Source of the DNA: Ascoidea asiatica JCM 7603
Taxonomy: Eukaryota; Fungi; Ascomycota
NCBI GenBank assembly: GCA_001600695.1
Contig: BCKQ01000007.1
Span: 84,327 to 148,326, forward strand
Direction of reading: 5' to 3'
DNA: 64,000 nucleotides
The notes below the pieces were generated by a model. That model saw only the letters and a program-made list of their open reading frames with translations, was not told the origin of the DNA and did no database searches. Positions 36,193 through 49,122 of this stretch are shown here, one piece after another. A program made the position numbers and the translations under genes. Each line of letters opens with the position of its first letter. The first letter of the stretch is position 1.

Positions 36193-38123
36193 ATTTCAAA
36201 ATAAAAACTTTATATTTCCTTAAATTTGAAGAATTGTTGTAAATTTCAACTTCATCGAATTTCACTTCTTACCAAACAAACAACCAATTCTTATTATAAT
36301 TTACCATTACAATATTTCAATATTTCAATATTTCAATTAACATTTGAGTATCGTTAAAAGAAAATGGAAAAGGTTTAGAAACTGCTCACATGCAAATTCA
36401 CGTGCTGTCCTACTTAAAGGTCTTTGGATAGCTAAAAATAATAAATATAGGACAACCAGCCATATACACCCGGAAAAGAAGTGAAACCCCATTACTGTGG
36501 AAAATAATTAAAACACGTGAGTTTTGAGGCTGTAAAAACAGTAAATTTTGTTCTGAAATTCCAAAAGTGAATTTTTAGTGCTTGCCGAGCGGCGACTTCA
36601 AATCCAGCCCACAAACACCTGGTGCAACATGTCTTCACATCCGTGATCATGTGTGCTTATAGGCAAACGTACGTGTAGTAACGTTTTATAACGTCTATAA
36701 ACAGTACAAAACAGTCCGTAACGGGTTGTAACATTTTGCAACAGTTGACAACGTCTATGCGCTATTTTTGCTTTCCAGATCTCTACAACGTTTGTGTGCA
36801 GGGTTTTTCCAAATATTATGAATATTGGAAACTTACGTACACCAGCTGGAAGATAGGTGCATGCTTGAGTAAACTGGTAACCCCAGATAGAGTCTTGATA
36901 TGTTATCGTTAACTTACGAGTGAGTTTGGCTGACTTATGGCTTACGTGATAATTTAGTTCTGGCTGTTCTGCGGGCATTTTTGTTCGCCCAAAGAAAGAA
37001 GGAAGATCCTTCAGGTTGAGTTAACAACACTGCTTGTTTTCAGCTGTACGATACTTTAGCATCGAAAAATACCTGATCTCGTTCAACAATGAAAAATTAC
37101 TGTTCTGAAGTGAACTGGAAACGTTATTGGCTGAGTCAATGAATAATCGATAAATTCGATTACAAAGTAATACCAAATGTATTTCAATTGGTTTATGATA
37201 TCAATTCTTTATGCGAAAAAGGTACAGTGCTGAAATGCCCAAGTTTCAATGTCGATCTGGTGTTCTTCAATTGAACCATTTATCAGACGATAAATCTTTT
37301 GTACTTTATGACCAGAGAAAGAATATCACTTTTAACAAAAAATTTATATTGGCATAATAAGAATAATGATCAACTTTTGTTTCCCTGTTTTTGTTTTGTT
37401 TTTATTATTGTGTTTGAGCTTTTAAGGAGGTTTTTGAATCCAAAAAGAGTCAATAAAACTCAGTTTCATAACGATCATACTTCTTGATATATTAAGACAC
37501 TTTTTTCCTTTCTTTTTTTTTTTTCTTTTTTATTTTCATGAATCAAATCGATTTAAGGAAAACCTCATTACAAAAATATTTAATAACACTTGAAACTGAC
37601 AGCATATGTTACGATATCTTATACTGAAGTTATTTTATATTATGCTCTCAAAAATATAGTGCTCCCCTTTTTATGAATCTGTTACAAATATTGAAACAAA
37701 AGTTATATATTCCAACATTAACTACTGGTAGAAATATTTTTCAGAAATTTATGTTTACATTAAAAATACAGTAATTGAAAATATAAAGATTTCTTTATGC
37801 CGATTTTTAAAAGAAAAATTTGAGAACCAGAAAAGTTAAGTTATTCAAACAATTTTTTACTTTATTTATAACCAAATATTCAAACATTTGAGCCGAAAAT
37901 CAATGAAATCAAGTATATTAGTCAAATTAATAAACTCAAGAAACTCAAGAAACTGAATAAAGTCAAAGTAAAAATCAAATCAAATAATTGATTATTATGT
38001 TAGGATTTTTTAACAGTCATTTATATTTTTGGAACAAACCTCAATTTTTTAAAATACTTTTTGGTTCGAGTCAATTTCATCAGTTTAATGAATAATTTCT
38101 CTTTAAAATTCAAATAAACTAAT

Positions 38124-38197
38124 AATTATTATTATTATTATATTATTATTATATTATTATTATATTATTATTTTATTATTATTATTATTATTATTAT
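38124..38197. repeat. Interrupted (ATT)n microsatellite
   Basis: About 70 bp of ATT units with TAT interruptions. Confidence 0.85.
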
Positions 38198-40617
38198 ACT
38201 ATTATTCATACCCTCACTATTAGTTACAGTCAAGATTACTGTCACTATTAAAGATCAAAAAAAAAGTAAAAGAACTAACTAGCTTTATAAAAGGATATTC
38301 GAATCATTGAATTTTTCCAAATATACTTTTTTTTTTTCATTTCTATTATTCTTCCAAAGATATACTAACTCTTTAGGTTATCATACTTTACAAATTAGTT
38401 TTCATTTTTTATTCATTTTTCTTCTTTTTTCCCTGAATTTTCACTACAATAAAAGTATTTTAGACCAAAGTTCAATTTCAAGCTGCTTCAACAAGGGAAA
38501 TTAAGTTAAATTTTTCATAAAACCCCAAAAGTAAAATTGAAAACACATATGATAAAGACCTCTTAGAGAATTTTTTTTCAATTATCATTGATTAAACTAC
38601 GAATTTCAATATTTTTAGAACTATAATTAATATATCTCAATCAGTCTTCTGGTTGAATTTTTTTGCGATTGAACCTTTTTTTTTAAAGACTTCTGGCTTA
38701 CACTTTTTGGCTCATTTTATTCCAACCTTTCTATTATCATTAGTAACTCACCTTTTTTACAACCCAAATGAATCAATTATATCCATATTTATTCACCATT
38801 TGTTCACCCTTTATTCAACATATTCCAATCACTCACTTTGAAATATTTCAAAATGTTTCAAAAGTCTCCTGTCTCGTAGGAAGTTGAGAAACGCACTTTC
38901 AAAGCACAATTTAGGTGAACTCGCCTCTGCTTGGGAATTTCGTAAAGCATATTATATAAAATATTAAAATTTTCTAAAAAATTTTTCACTAAAGCATTAA
39001 ATTTTAATCTTTTACTTCACTGTGAAGAAGTAGCTCTGAGTTTAATTTTAGTGTGGACTAATTCTAAATTTCATTAACGCAATTCACTTGAAATTGTGAG
39101 CTAACATTCATTTTTTAGACTAAGTAACGTTACAATACCACCAGATTGATAGTAAAATAATAAAATATCCTCAATTATTAGTAATATCACCCAAAATCAC
39201 CTAATATAAGCCAATGTGAAATGAGATGAAAAGACATGAAATGATATCAGATAAGTTGGAATAAACTGGAATAAACTGGAATGACTATCACTATCAATAA
39301 ATATTTCAAAGAATTTCAAAACATTTCACGTATTTTCACAACTTTACAAAAATTCTGAACTTTTGGAGAATTTCTTCTCACTTTTTTTTGAATACAAATG
39401 AAGTTAAATATCCTCAAAATCTTCAAATTTTTTACAGAAACTGAATTGAATTTATGGGTTTGAAATTCGTAATTTTAAAATACCAAAAGTAAAAAGGTTA
39501 TTAAATTATTTTTACCTTTAATTCCTGAACACAATCTAGTATTAAAGTACGTACTGCTGGCTAATATTGGTTAAGTGTCACTTCGACAAGAATTTTATAT
39601 TAGCATTGTCAATGTTATTTGGTTGTTTGGTTCTCCTGGCTATTGGACTATTGTACAGAAATCTAAAGGAGCTAATTCTGTAAACATTGGTGGTTTTAAG
39701 GAGAATTTAAAAGTCCCAGACTTATTTTTATTATTTTTTGTTTTTTTTATGTTTTTTTTCTCAAAATTGCACTTTTAAACTGCCCATAGTATTAAGTAAA
39801 AGGTAAAGAACATATTAAAAATAAATATTTTATTTTATTTTTTTTGTATTGACAGTAAAACCATCAATTATTTTGTATGATAAACCATTTTGTTTATCTT
39901 ATTAAACTGTGACAAAGATAATATCCAATTGGTTAATATTGAAGATAAAGATAATAGATAAGAACTTAGATAAATAATATTTTTATTAGTTATTATAAAC
40001 GATTATAATATAGGGAGTGAAATAGAATAATAAATAAAATGATAAAATGATAAAGTGATAATATGATTATAATATGATAATATGATTATATGAAAAATGA
40101 TAGTCAATAAAATGAATTTTTTTTTATAAATAAAAACATTAAAAAAAAGCACGAAAAATATAAAAATAAATAAGAAACAACTGAAGAACTAAATATTAAC
40201 AACACTGTAATTATCATAATACAAAAGGAATATTAAAATACTAGACCAATCTTTAAATGCAGATCAATAAATAAATGAAAAAAAATAATAAAAAGAAAAG
40301 TAAAAAAAAAAGTAAAAGAAGGATCTTAATTTATAAAAAAGTTGTAAGATAATGATAAATTAAATAAACTAAAATAAAATAAAATATTTTAATAATACAT
40401 TTGAATTGGAGTGCATTTTGTCTTCTTCTTTTTTTTATTTTATTTTGTTTTGGTTTGATTTTGCTTTGTTATGTCTTGCTTGCTTGTTTGTTTGTTTTCA
40501 TGATCAATTTATATTGATTTGTTGTAGAATAACAGCCAAAACTAAACCAGCATTTCATAACAGGGATCAAATAAATGTGTATATATATATATTTAAAGGA
40601 AGTGATTGAATTGATAT

Positions 40618-40770
40618 TTAACCTTTATAATCTTTTGGATATTTTGTAATTACTTTTCCATATTTGGCTTGTTCCATTAACTGTTGTCTGTAAAATTGTA
40701 CTAATGGTGACATATCATTTTCATCTATTGGATTACCATTTTGATCATAAAGTTGTTGAGATTTATCCAT
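40618..40770 (-). CDS. Putative 50-aa microprotein MDKSQQLYDQNGNPIDENDMSPLVQFYRQQLMEQAKYGKVITKYPKDYKG
   Basis: Translated by hand (below the ORF-track cutoff); ATG with A at -3, mostly A/T-ending codons, non-repetitive sequence, TATAAATAG about 410 nt upstream (41181-41189) and a (TA)n 3' element at 40580-40592. Confidence 0.6.
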   Translation of the reverse strand: MDKSQQLYDQNGNPIDENDMSPLVQFYRQQLMEQAKYGKVITKYPKDYKG

Positions 40771-42803
40771 TATTAATATTATATGAATTGATTTATATTA
40801 TTGAGTTGAATTTTAATTTGAATTTGAATTTTAATTTGAATTTAAATCAAATTGATATAGACAAAATTGAAGATTGAAGAGTACAATTATATTTGATTAG
40901 AGAGTATTAATCTTTTGAAAAGTAATTGATAAGTGAAATAAGTGAAGAATATTGAAGTGAATCTAAATAAATTTGATTTATAATATACAAGAATTTAAAT
41001 AGATATTTATATTGAAATTAGTATTGCTATTGCTATTGTTATTGCTATTTCTATTATCACAGATGTTAATATTATTATTTTGTTATAAAAGTTAAGGATA
41101 TTGATGTTGATGATATGATAATTGAAAGCTATATTTAAATTTTATAAATTATAGTTAAAGAAAAATGGGTAAAGGAGGAACTATTTATATGAATTTGTTT
41201 TAATATAATATATATTCAAGTATTGAAAATTTAAAGTGTGAAGTTAAATCTTTTCATTCTTTTATACTGTACTTTGAAAAAAAAAAATAGAAAAATATTA
41301 TTAAGAATAAACCTACAATTGTCACATAAGTGAAAATTTTAAATTTGAAAGTGAATTTTAATTTGAAATTTAGATTTAAACAATATTCAAGTACTTTACT
41401 GTGAAAAAATTCTTTTCTTGTCAAAAAGCTTTATCCAATTTCAAATTCAAAACGAATATAAAATGTTAAAATTGATTATTTTGTTGTTTTGTTTAGCACT
41501 GGTGTTAGTTGTTAGTACTGAGAATAGCAAGTTTGTATTAAACTTAGCAGAGAAAATAGTAGTTTTTTAACAAAAATCGAAATTTTTAGAAAAAAATTAT
41601 TGATAATTGCTGATAATAATCGATAATCTGATACGTATCAATATTTCCAGTAACCTTACTGTACATCATTTCTCTTACAGTATTAGAAAATAAATTTTAT
41701 TGAGTATGAATATGAATATGAATATGAATTATGAATTATTTTTTCATAAAGTACTGTATCAATTTTTCAAATTCAAATAATAAAAATTATTAAAAAATTT
41801 TGGTTAAAAAAGAATTTTCAAGAGAAGATCATTGAAAAAAAATCTTAAATTCCTTTAGGAGATAAAATAGTTGAAAATGGTAGATAAATTGTAGAATAAT
41901 TGTAGAAAATCATGAACAGAATAAAATTCTTACTAAGATGAAAAATTTTAAAACCATAAAGTTAAGTATATTTTTGTAGTATTAAGCTAAAAAAAGCTTA
42001 CAACTGTGGTAAAGGAATAAAGAAGAGTAGGAATATGTGAACTAAACAAATATTAATTCAATTCATTAATTATTTTATTATTTTATTATTTATTGATAAT
42101 ATTTTTTTCATTTATTTTTTTTGTTTGTCTATTGAAAGAGATAAACTCAGAATCTTCATTATTGTTTGGTATTTGTTCCACTTAACATTACCTTTTGTTG
42201 AAAATATCTATTTGCTTTTAAAGATAACAACACCCTTAAATGAAAGTTTTAAAAGAGTGTGAATAATTTAAAAATTCTAAAGTACTCAATTTGAAATTCA
42301 AAATGAATTGAGAATATATTCAAAAATAAAGCAAAACTATTAAAAAGAAATCAAAAGAAATAATGATTGTGTGAAATTTTTCGGGTGTAGCATACACCAC
42401 CCAACAAATTCATTGAAATTATATACCAAAAATAGTAATTTTTAACAAAATAAAGATAAAACATCTTTGTGACTTATAAGACAAGTTTATCATTCAAGTA
42501 TGATTCAATTGAGTCTAATTGAATTGATTTCAAAAGATTTCTTAATATACTATAAAATTTTTTAATTTCACATAAAATTTTATTGAATTTCTTAGTAATG
42601 ATGAGAATCAAAACAATTTGATGACAATTTCATTTTCAATTCTCAGTTTGTATTAAACATGATATTACTGTACCAATAAATATATATTTTTTTTATAATA
42701 ATTCTTTAAAAGACTATTTGAATATTTGAAGTTGAATCATAATAATTACTGTAGGTTTTAGAAAAAATGGAAATTCGAATCTGAAATTTCACATTAGACA
42801 ACA

Positions 42804-42895
42804 TAAATATTATATAATCACTCTCTAGATCGTAAAGAAATTGAACTAAATATTATATAATCACTCTCTAGATCGTAAAGAAATTGAACTAAATA
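42804..42895. repeat. Perfect 43-bp tandem duplication
   Basis: TAAATATTATATAATCACTCTCTAGATCGTAAAGAAATTGAAC at 42804-42846 and 42847-42889, followed by TAAATA. Confidence 0.92.
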
Positions 42896-45800
42896 ATATT
42901 TAAGAAACTTTTCATAGAGTATTGCAATTATTGTACTACGTGTGAGATTAAATGACAAAATAAGAAAAATCTTAGAAACTAATTTTCACAATATCTATTT
43001 AATTTTCAAAATTATTTATAAGATTGAATGCAAAAGAAATTGTGGTTTGATTATTGATCTATTGTTAAACTGATATCAAATTTATTTCTCAATAAGATAG
43101 GCATGGATGAGATATAAACCTTTTTATAAACAAACTATTGAAATAAAATTTATTTGAAAGTAATAGTATGTTAAATGATCTCTAAAGTACATCAAAAGGA
43201 GCTAGTTTTGAAAAAAAAGTGAATTTTAATTGCTTTTATTTACTCAATTCTTGAATTTTTGAATTGATTAATTTTATAATTCTTCAAATCTGAAAAAATT
43301 GAGATGTAAAAGACTTAAAGATTTGAAAACTTTTAAGATTGAATATATTTAACTTTAGGGATTTATTTCAGATAATTCAGGCAAAAGCTATGTAGGGTTG
43401 TTTCTTCAACATAATTTCAAAAGATACTTTGATATTGATATTGATATTGACATTAGTATTTTTCTCGAAATTTTCATATGAAATGCTTTATTGAATTGAA
43501 ATTTCAAATTGATTCAATTAAATATTTTAACATATATTCAAATAGAAGATATTAAAATTATTGAAGTTTACAATATTTGGATTTTTTCAACATCTGGCCA
43601 CCTTGTTTTCAACCAGTTTCAACATACTCAAATATATTCCAATTAAATCAGGGTTCTTGGCTTTCCTAAGACTTCAGAAACAATTTAATGAATGGAAACT
43701 TTCAGTCATTTGAAAAATTTGTTTGAGCTTCTTTTTGAAGGGAACTTTCCAACAAATCTCTGATTTCAAATACGAGATATTTCTGTGTTGAATTGATTTC
43801 CAGATAATAAAAAAAAAAAGATGAATCATGAAAACATTTTCAAATGAAAAAAAAAAATAATTGACTGAAAAATTTGAAAATAGTGATGACGACAAACTTG
43901 TACCACTTGTCTTTTTCCCATGGAATTATCACTTCCATTCCCATTTGGTCAATCGTGGAAAATGATAAATAATAATAATAACGAAATATATTAAATAATA
44001 AAATATAAAAAATAAATAATAATTAATAATTAATAAATAAACAATCATCAAAAAGAAATTTTGCAAAGTCACAGGCAACTAATTAAAATTCCTTCACGAA
44101 TCTCACAATTCGTAAACTCACTTTCACTTCCCACAGTGTCTTACGTAAGCAACTACTTCCGGACTAAATGTGTGCTGCTGGGCCATGTAGACCCATTTTT
44201 TTATCAGCAACACTAACGCTTCTCGCATGCTGAAAAGCGCGGTGGAAATCCAAGCAGCAGGTTTTCAGCACTTAACTCATACCAGATTTTATACCACAAA
44301 CGCATTAATGCGTTGAGTGTGGCAACTGTAACGCAAGTTACAATATTAGCTTAGCCGAGAATTTAATTGACTAATGAATTGAGTCAAAGTTCTACATCAA
44401 TGAATTAAATGAGAACACTCGCCAGTTTTTGAACTAAACATCAATCTAATGATTATACTAAAGGAATTATATAAGTTTTCAGAAGGTGTACTTCTTATTT
44501 TTTTTTTTTTTTTTTGAAAGGTAGGTGAATTCTTAGTCCATTTTTTTTTATCTCTGAAAATTCCATAACCACATGGGCCCATTAACATCAGAGTCACTCT
44601 TGAAAAATAGTCTAGCTTTGACCAGATAATTTATGGTATTGGAGAACCTTAATGTTAAAGTACTAATGTTAACGTTAACGTTAAATTAATTAACTTTGCT
44701 ACTAGCGTAAAAACTATACAGAATTCGTAATGTTAATCTCGATTAACAAGTACGGCGATATACTGGTATTTAGTGTGGTATACAGTTAGATGCCGAAAAT
44801 AACATCTTGATTTATAAACTTAAGTTTCAGGTTCAATTTGTTTTTTACTCCGGCGAGTATGTTCCTGTACGCACATTTAAAGCTTTTGGTAGCACGCTAC
44901 TGTATTACATACTTACGAAGGAAGATCCATCTGCAAGCCAAACTGTAGGGTTCTGTAGAACCAGTTACTGTATACAGATCCGAATGCACTCTTGGAAGTT
45001 ATAATTTCCTAAAATAAACATATATAAATTCATTTTCATTATCACACTGAATTACCATAGTTATAAATCTTTTTCTTTTCTACCTGTATTGTAATTTACT
45101 TGGCATTTGAGTAGGTAAATATACAGAGTTTGTCTAGAAACATAAATATTTAAAACAAGTATAAAAGATCTAGGAATTTTGGCGAAATGAAAATAAATGA
45201 TAAGAAAGCAGTTGCAAAAAAAGGTCTGTGCCTTTTGTCTCGAGCAAAAAAATTGAAAACAATAGGTCTATTGTCAAGTCAAATACTGTTTAAAGTTTAA
45301 ATGAAATAGCATAGAATGTACTATACTGGTATGAAAATCTAATAATTTCATGTTATATTCTTCATTATTAATAATTGTGTTCTAAGATTAAATTCAACAA
45401 TCGATAATTATTAAAGCATTCGGAAATTCTACTCTAGGGGTTTTTCCGTTTTGAATGCTGGTTAGTGAAAACCATAATTTTCATTTTCTTTCTATCTTTT
45501 TTTATAAAAATGTTTGAGTAAAAGAAAACAAACATGATTAAAATCGGCTTTTTACTCTTGACTTTAAGAGAAATTCAAATTTTTTAGATATGCTAGCACT
45601 CAAGATTATGAAAAATTGTTGATATTGATTATAGCAGATTTAGTACTATAATAAGCTATCGTAACAGGTTGTTGGTTTTCTATAGACGTATTCACCATAG
45701 GTCAATAAGATATATGATTTTTTTGAAATTTTTGGATCACAAACTGCAAAATTATTTTCCATTTCAAAGGAAAATTTTGGGAGTACTAGGTAGAAATAAG

Positions 45801-47296
45801 TATTAAATAATTTTTAAAAATCTACTAAAAATTTCATGATATAGATAAATCCAATAAAAAGAAAAGAGAAATCAAAAAAAGAATTTCATTTATAAGTAAT
45901 TTAACTTTAGTACCGGTTGAAGAATATTCCTTATGATTTATAAAAATGAAGTTTCAAACCACTCAGATTTGAGAGTAAAAGTAAAAAGCCTTAGTTGTTT
46001 TTGTTTATCTTCTATTACAGTTTTGATTAATGTTTTTTTTTTCCGACTTGATTGTAATTGTAATTGTAATTATAATTACGATTATGATTGTGATTGTGAA
46101 TTTTAGATCTCATTGTCTAGACTTTGAAATCAATTAAAATTTCTTTATTGTACAGTACCAAATCACAATCACAAATTGAATCTCCTTTTTTTTATTAATT
46201 TTGCAAAGTACTAATATTTATCCGAATATATTGAAAATTTCAGCTGATCATTAAAACAATGTTTGTTTTATGAAACATCAGCTCACTATCCTTTTCTGAT
46301 ATCTTATTTATCTTTTTAGTTATTATTCTAATATTTCCTAAAATCAAGCTCATAAACCAATTAGTATGGGTATTTTATAAATGTTTCTAGCTGCATTTGC
46401 ACTATCAAATTTTAAACATTCATCAATAAAGCTTTTGGTGTTTGGATGTAGAACCGGTGTGCGGATATTCCCTTTTAACGATGGTTTAATGTTTGAAAAT
46501 TTCTTTTAGGACAAGAGTAACTCTTAGGGCAAAAGAGCCCTAACTTCAAAGAAGCCTCAACACAAGAGAAGATAAAGCCTCTCCTGTCAGTTTTCAGTAG
46601 TAATACGCCACTACAAAAAATGAAAAGACTAAATAGGAAGCATTCTCATTTTAGTATAAATCCGCTTGAGATTTTGGATACGAGAATAAACGAATACGAG
46701 ATCCTAAGGTTTTCTTTACAAAAACTTTTGAGGATTTCCACGTGCTCATACATATTTTTTCTGCGTCAAAGATCAAAAATCGTCACGCACTTTCCCAGGT
46801 ATTATGCTAGGTCCTGTTTGGTGATAAGCGAACACCTCAGCGATCACAAATACTGCCACAGAATTGTTCGCTTAAAGATAACTCGCCTTCTCAGTCATTT
46901 CATGACCGATATTTCATTTTCCTTTATTCACAGGAAATCACGATAAATGATGCTCTGAAGAAGGAAAATCGCCTTAAATTCAATTTCTCAATTGATTTTA
47001 CTATTAAATATCCTTAATTATTTTCTTTATTAATCAGTAGAGTAATTTCAAGAAAATAATGAATCATCTTCTTTTATAAGTTAATAGCTTATTTATAGTT
47101 AAATAAACCTTATGAAATAAAAATATATAAAAAGTTTTGTCTTTTCATAAAAGACTATATTCAAAAAGGTATTTGTAGTATTGACTGCATTATCTATCAA
47201 TATTTTTCAATTCAATTTTTCAAATAATTTAAACATATTTTCAAATTGGTTCCTTCAAAGAATACGTTTTAGTGAATTTGAGAAAAGATAATATAT

Positions 47297-48715
47297 ATGG
47301 CTTCAGTTAATAATATAGAAATTCCTTTGGCGAAAGCCAGCAAAAAATCTTCAATAATAAGTTTAACAAAAACAATAATTGGAGCAGGAATGCTAGCAAT
47401 TCCATATGCTTTTAGAGCTGATGGTATAATTTTTGGTATTCTTATAGTTATCTTAGCTGCAATTACTAGTGGTTTTGGTTTATTTTTACAAATTAAAACT
47501 TCAAAATTTTTACCTCCAGGAAATGCCTCTTTTTTTGGGATTTGTTCAATAACTTATCCAAAATTATCTGTCTTATTTGATATTGCAATTGCAATTCAAT
47601 GTTTTGGTGTTGGCTTATCTTATATAATTATAATTGGTGATCTATTACCTGATTTATTTCCTTCTGGTTCAAGACTGTTTTGGATTTTATTTTCAACAAT
47701 AATTATAGTTCCATTATGTTTTTTAAAAAATTTAGATTCTTTAAAATATACTTCAATTCTTGGTTTAATTTCAATTTCTTATTTATTTTTCTTAGTTATT
47801 ATTCATTTTTTCTTAAATGATATTCCTGATAATTTAAAAGGTAAAATTAATATATTCAATATTTATAATTATAATTCAATTTTTTCAACTTTTTCAATAA
47901 TAATTTTTGCATTCACTGGTCATCAAAATATGTTTTCAATTATTAATGAATCTAATGATAAATCAAATAAAAATTTAACTTCAATTTTAAAATTTGTTAT
48001 GCTAATTTCAACAATAATGTTTATTTGTATTGGTTTATCAGGTTATTTAACTTTTGGTGAAAAAGTTAAAGATAATATAGTTTTAATGTATCCAGATTCT
48101 TTTTCAACCAAATTAGGAAAATTGGCTTTATGTTTCATGGTAATTTTTTCTTTTCCTTTAATGTTTCATCCAGCCAGAATAAGTGTTAATAATATATATC
48201 ATTGGTTAAAAGTTAATTATTTCACTTGTTCATCATCAAATCCAAAATTTGATTTAAATCAAACAATTGTATCAGAAACTACTCAACTTATCTCTTCTTC
48301 TGATTCTCGAACCACTAATAGTCCTAATGCAAATACCCAAGCTAATTCAATTAATTTAGAAGAAGTGATTGTTCCTTTTCCAAATTCTACTTTCATAATT
48401 ATAACAGTTCTGCTTTTAATTCTGGCTTATAGTTTAGCTCTCAGTATTTCTTCTTTTGCTTTGGTTTTATCGTTAGTTGGAGCAACTGGATCAACTGCAA
48501 TTTCATTTATATTACCCGGTTTATTTGGATATAAGTTATTAGGTCAAAGTAACTCACCATCAATTTTACCCGGTTTCAGTGATTCATCTTCTTTATCATC
48601 ATCATCATCATCATCATTATCAAATAGAAAATTTTATAAAATTTCGAGTTTACTTTTGGTGTTTTGGGGAATTTTAGTTATGGTTGTTTGTGTGTTTGCA
48701 ACTTTAACCATGTAA
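47297..48715 (+). CDS. AVT7: Vacuolar amino acid transporter, AAAP/Avt5-6-7 family
   Basis: LTKTIIGAGMLAIPYAF..DG, FDIAIAIQCFGVGLSY..IIGDL, LDSLKYTS, FAFTGHQNMFSIINE, VGATGSTAISFILPGLFGYKL; many TM segments; AVT7 is the best match among paralogues. Confidence 0.8.
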   Translation: MASVNNIEIPLAKASKKSSIISLTKTIIGAGMLAIPYAFRADGIIFGILIVILAAITSGFGLFLQIKTSKFLPPGNASFFGICSITYPKLSVLFDIAIAIQCFGVGLSYIIIIGDLLPDLFPSGSRLFWILFSTIIIVPLCFLKNLDSLKYTSILGLISISYLFFLVIIHFFLNDIPDNLKGKINIFNIYNYNSIFSTFSIIIFAFTGHQNMFSIINESNDKSNKNLTSILKFVMLISTIMFICIGLSGYLTFGEKVKDNIVLMYPDSFSTKLGKLALCFMVIFSFPLMFHPARISVNNIYHWLKVNYFTCSSSNPKFDLNQTIVSETTQLISSSDSRTTNSPNANTQANSINLEEVIVPFPNSTFIIITVLLLILAYSLALSISSFALVLSLVGATGSTAISFILPGLFGYKLLGQSNSPSILPGFSDSSSLSSSSSSSLSNRKFYKISSLLLVFWGILVMVVCVFATLTM

Positions 48716-49086
48716 AATACAACCTAGATCTTAAAAATATTCTAATACTTTATATACTGCACTTCATTACAATTATTATAAAATAAATAAACGTTTTTTT
48801 AAAGTTTTAAATCGTGAATAAATTTTTGATTAATTTAGTAGATATTTTGATAAGAAATAGTTTCTTAATCTAACAGAAAGTTAAAGAGTGCTTACAATTT
48901 GAAAAATTCAAGGAGATTTTATTAAAACTCTAGTATGCGTTTTACAAAGACTTCATATACGGTTTAACAAGCAAGATTCTTTTATTGAATGACTATAGTT
49001 AGATGAATATTATTTCTTTACCCTATATTTCAGGTATTGGGTTTGATAAATTGCAAAAACTCTAAAAACAAACAGGTAGCCAAAAA

Positions 49087-49122
49087 AACTCAGATTACTA
49101 ATACCTCTTAGTAATCTGAGTT
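49087..49122. repeat. Perfect 15-bp inverted repeat with a 6-nt loop
   Basis: AACTCAGATTACTAA-TACCTC-TTAGTAATCTGAGTT. Confidence 0.9.

Noticed and set aside
36598-36978. 126-aa ATG-initiated ORF upstream of LEO1
   Set aside because: Confined to a GC island, non-host codon usage, no recognisable motif
38769-38888. 39-aa ORF ending CLVGS as an a-factor pheromone precursor
   Set aside because: Cys is fifth from the end, so it is not a CaaX box; composition is unlike a-factor
42804-42895. 43-bp repeat as a CRISPR array or LTR remnant
   Set aside because: Directly adjacent copies with no spacers, eukaryotic context, no TG...CA termini or transposase/RT ORF
46620-46946. 108-aa ORF upstream of AVT7
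   Set aside because: Lies in the AVT7 promoter island with atypical codons and no recognisable domain
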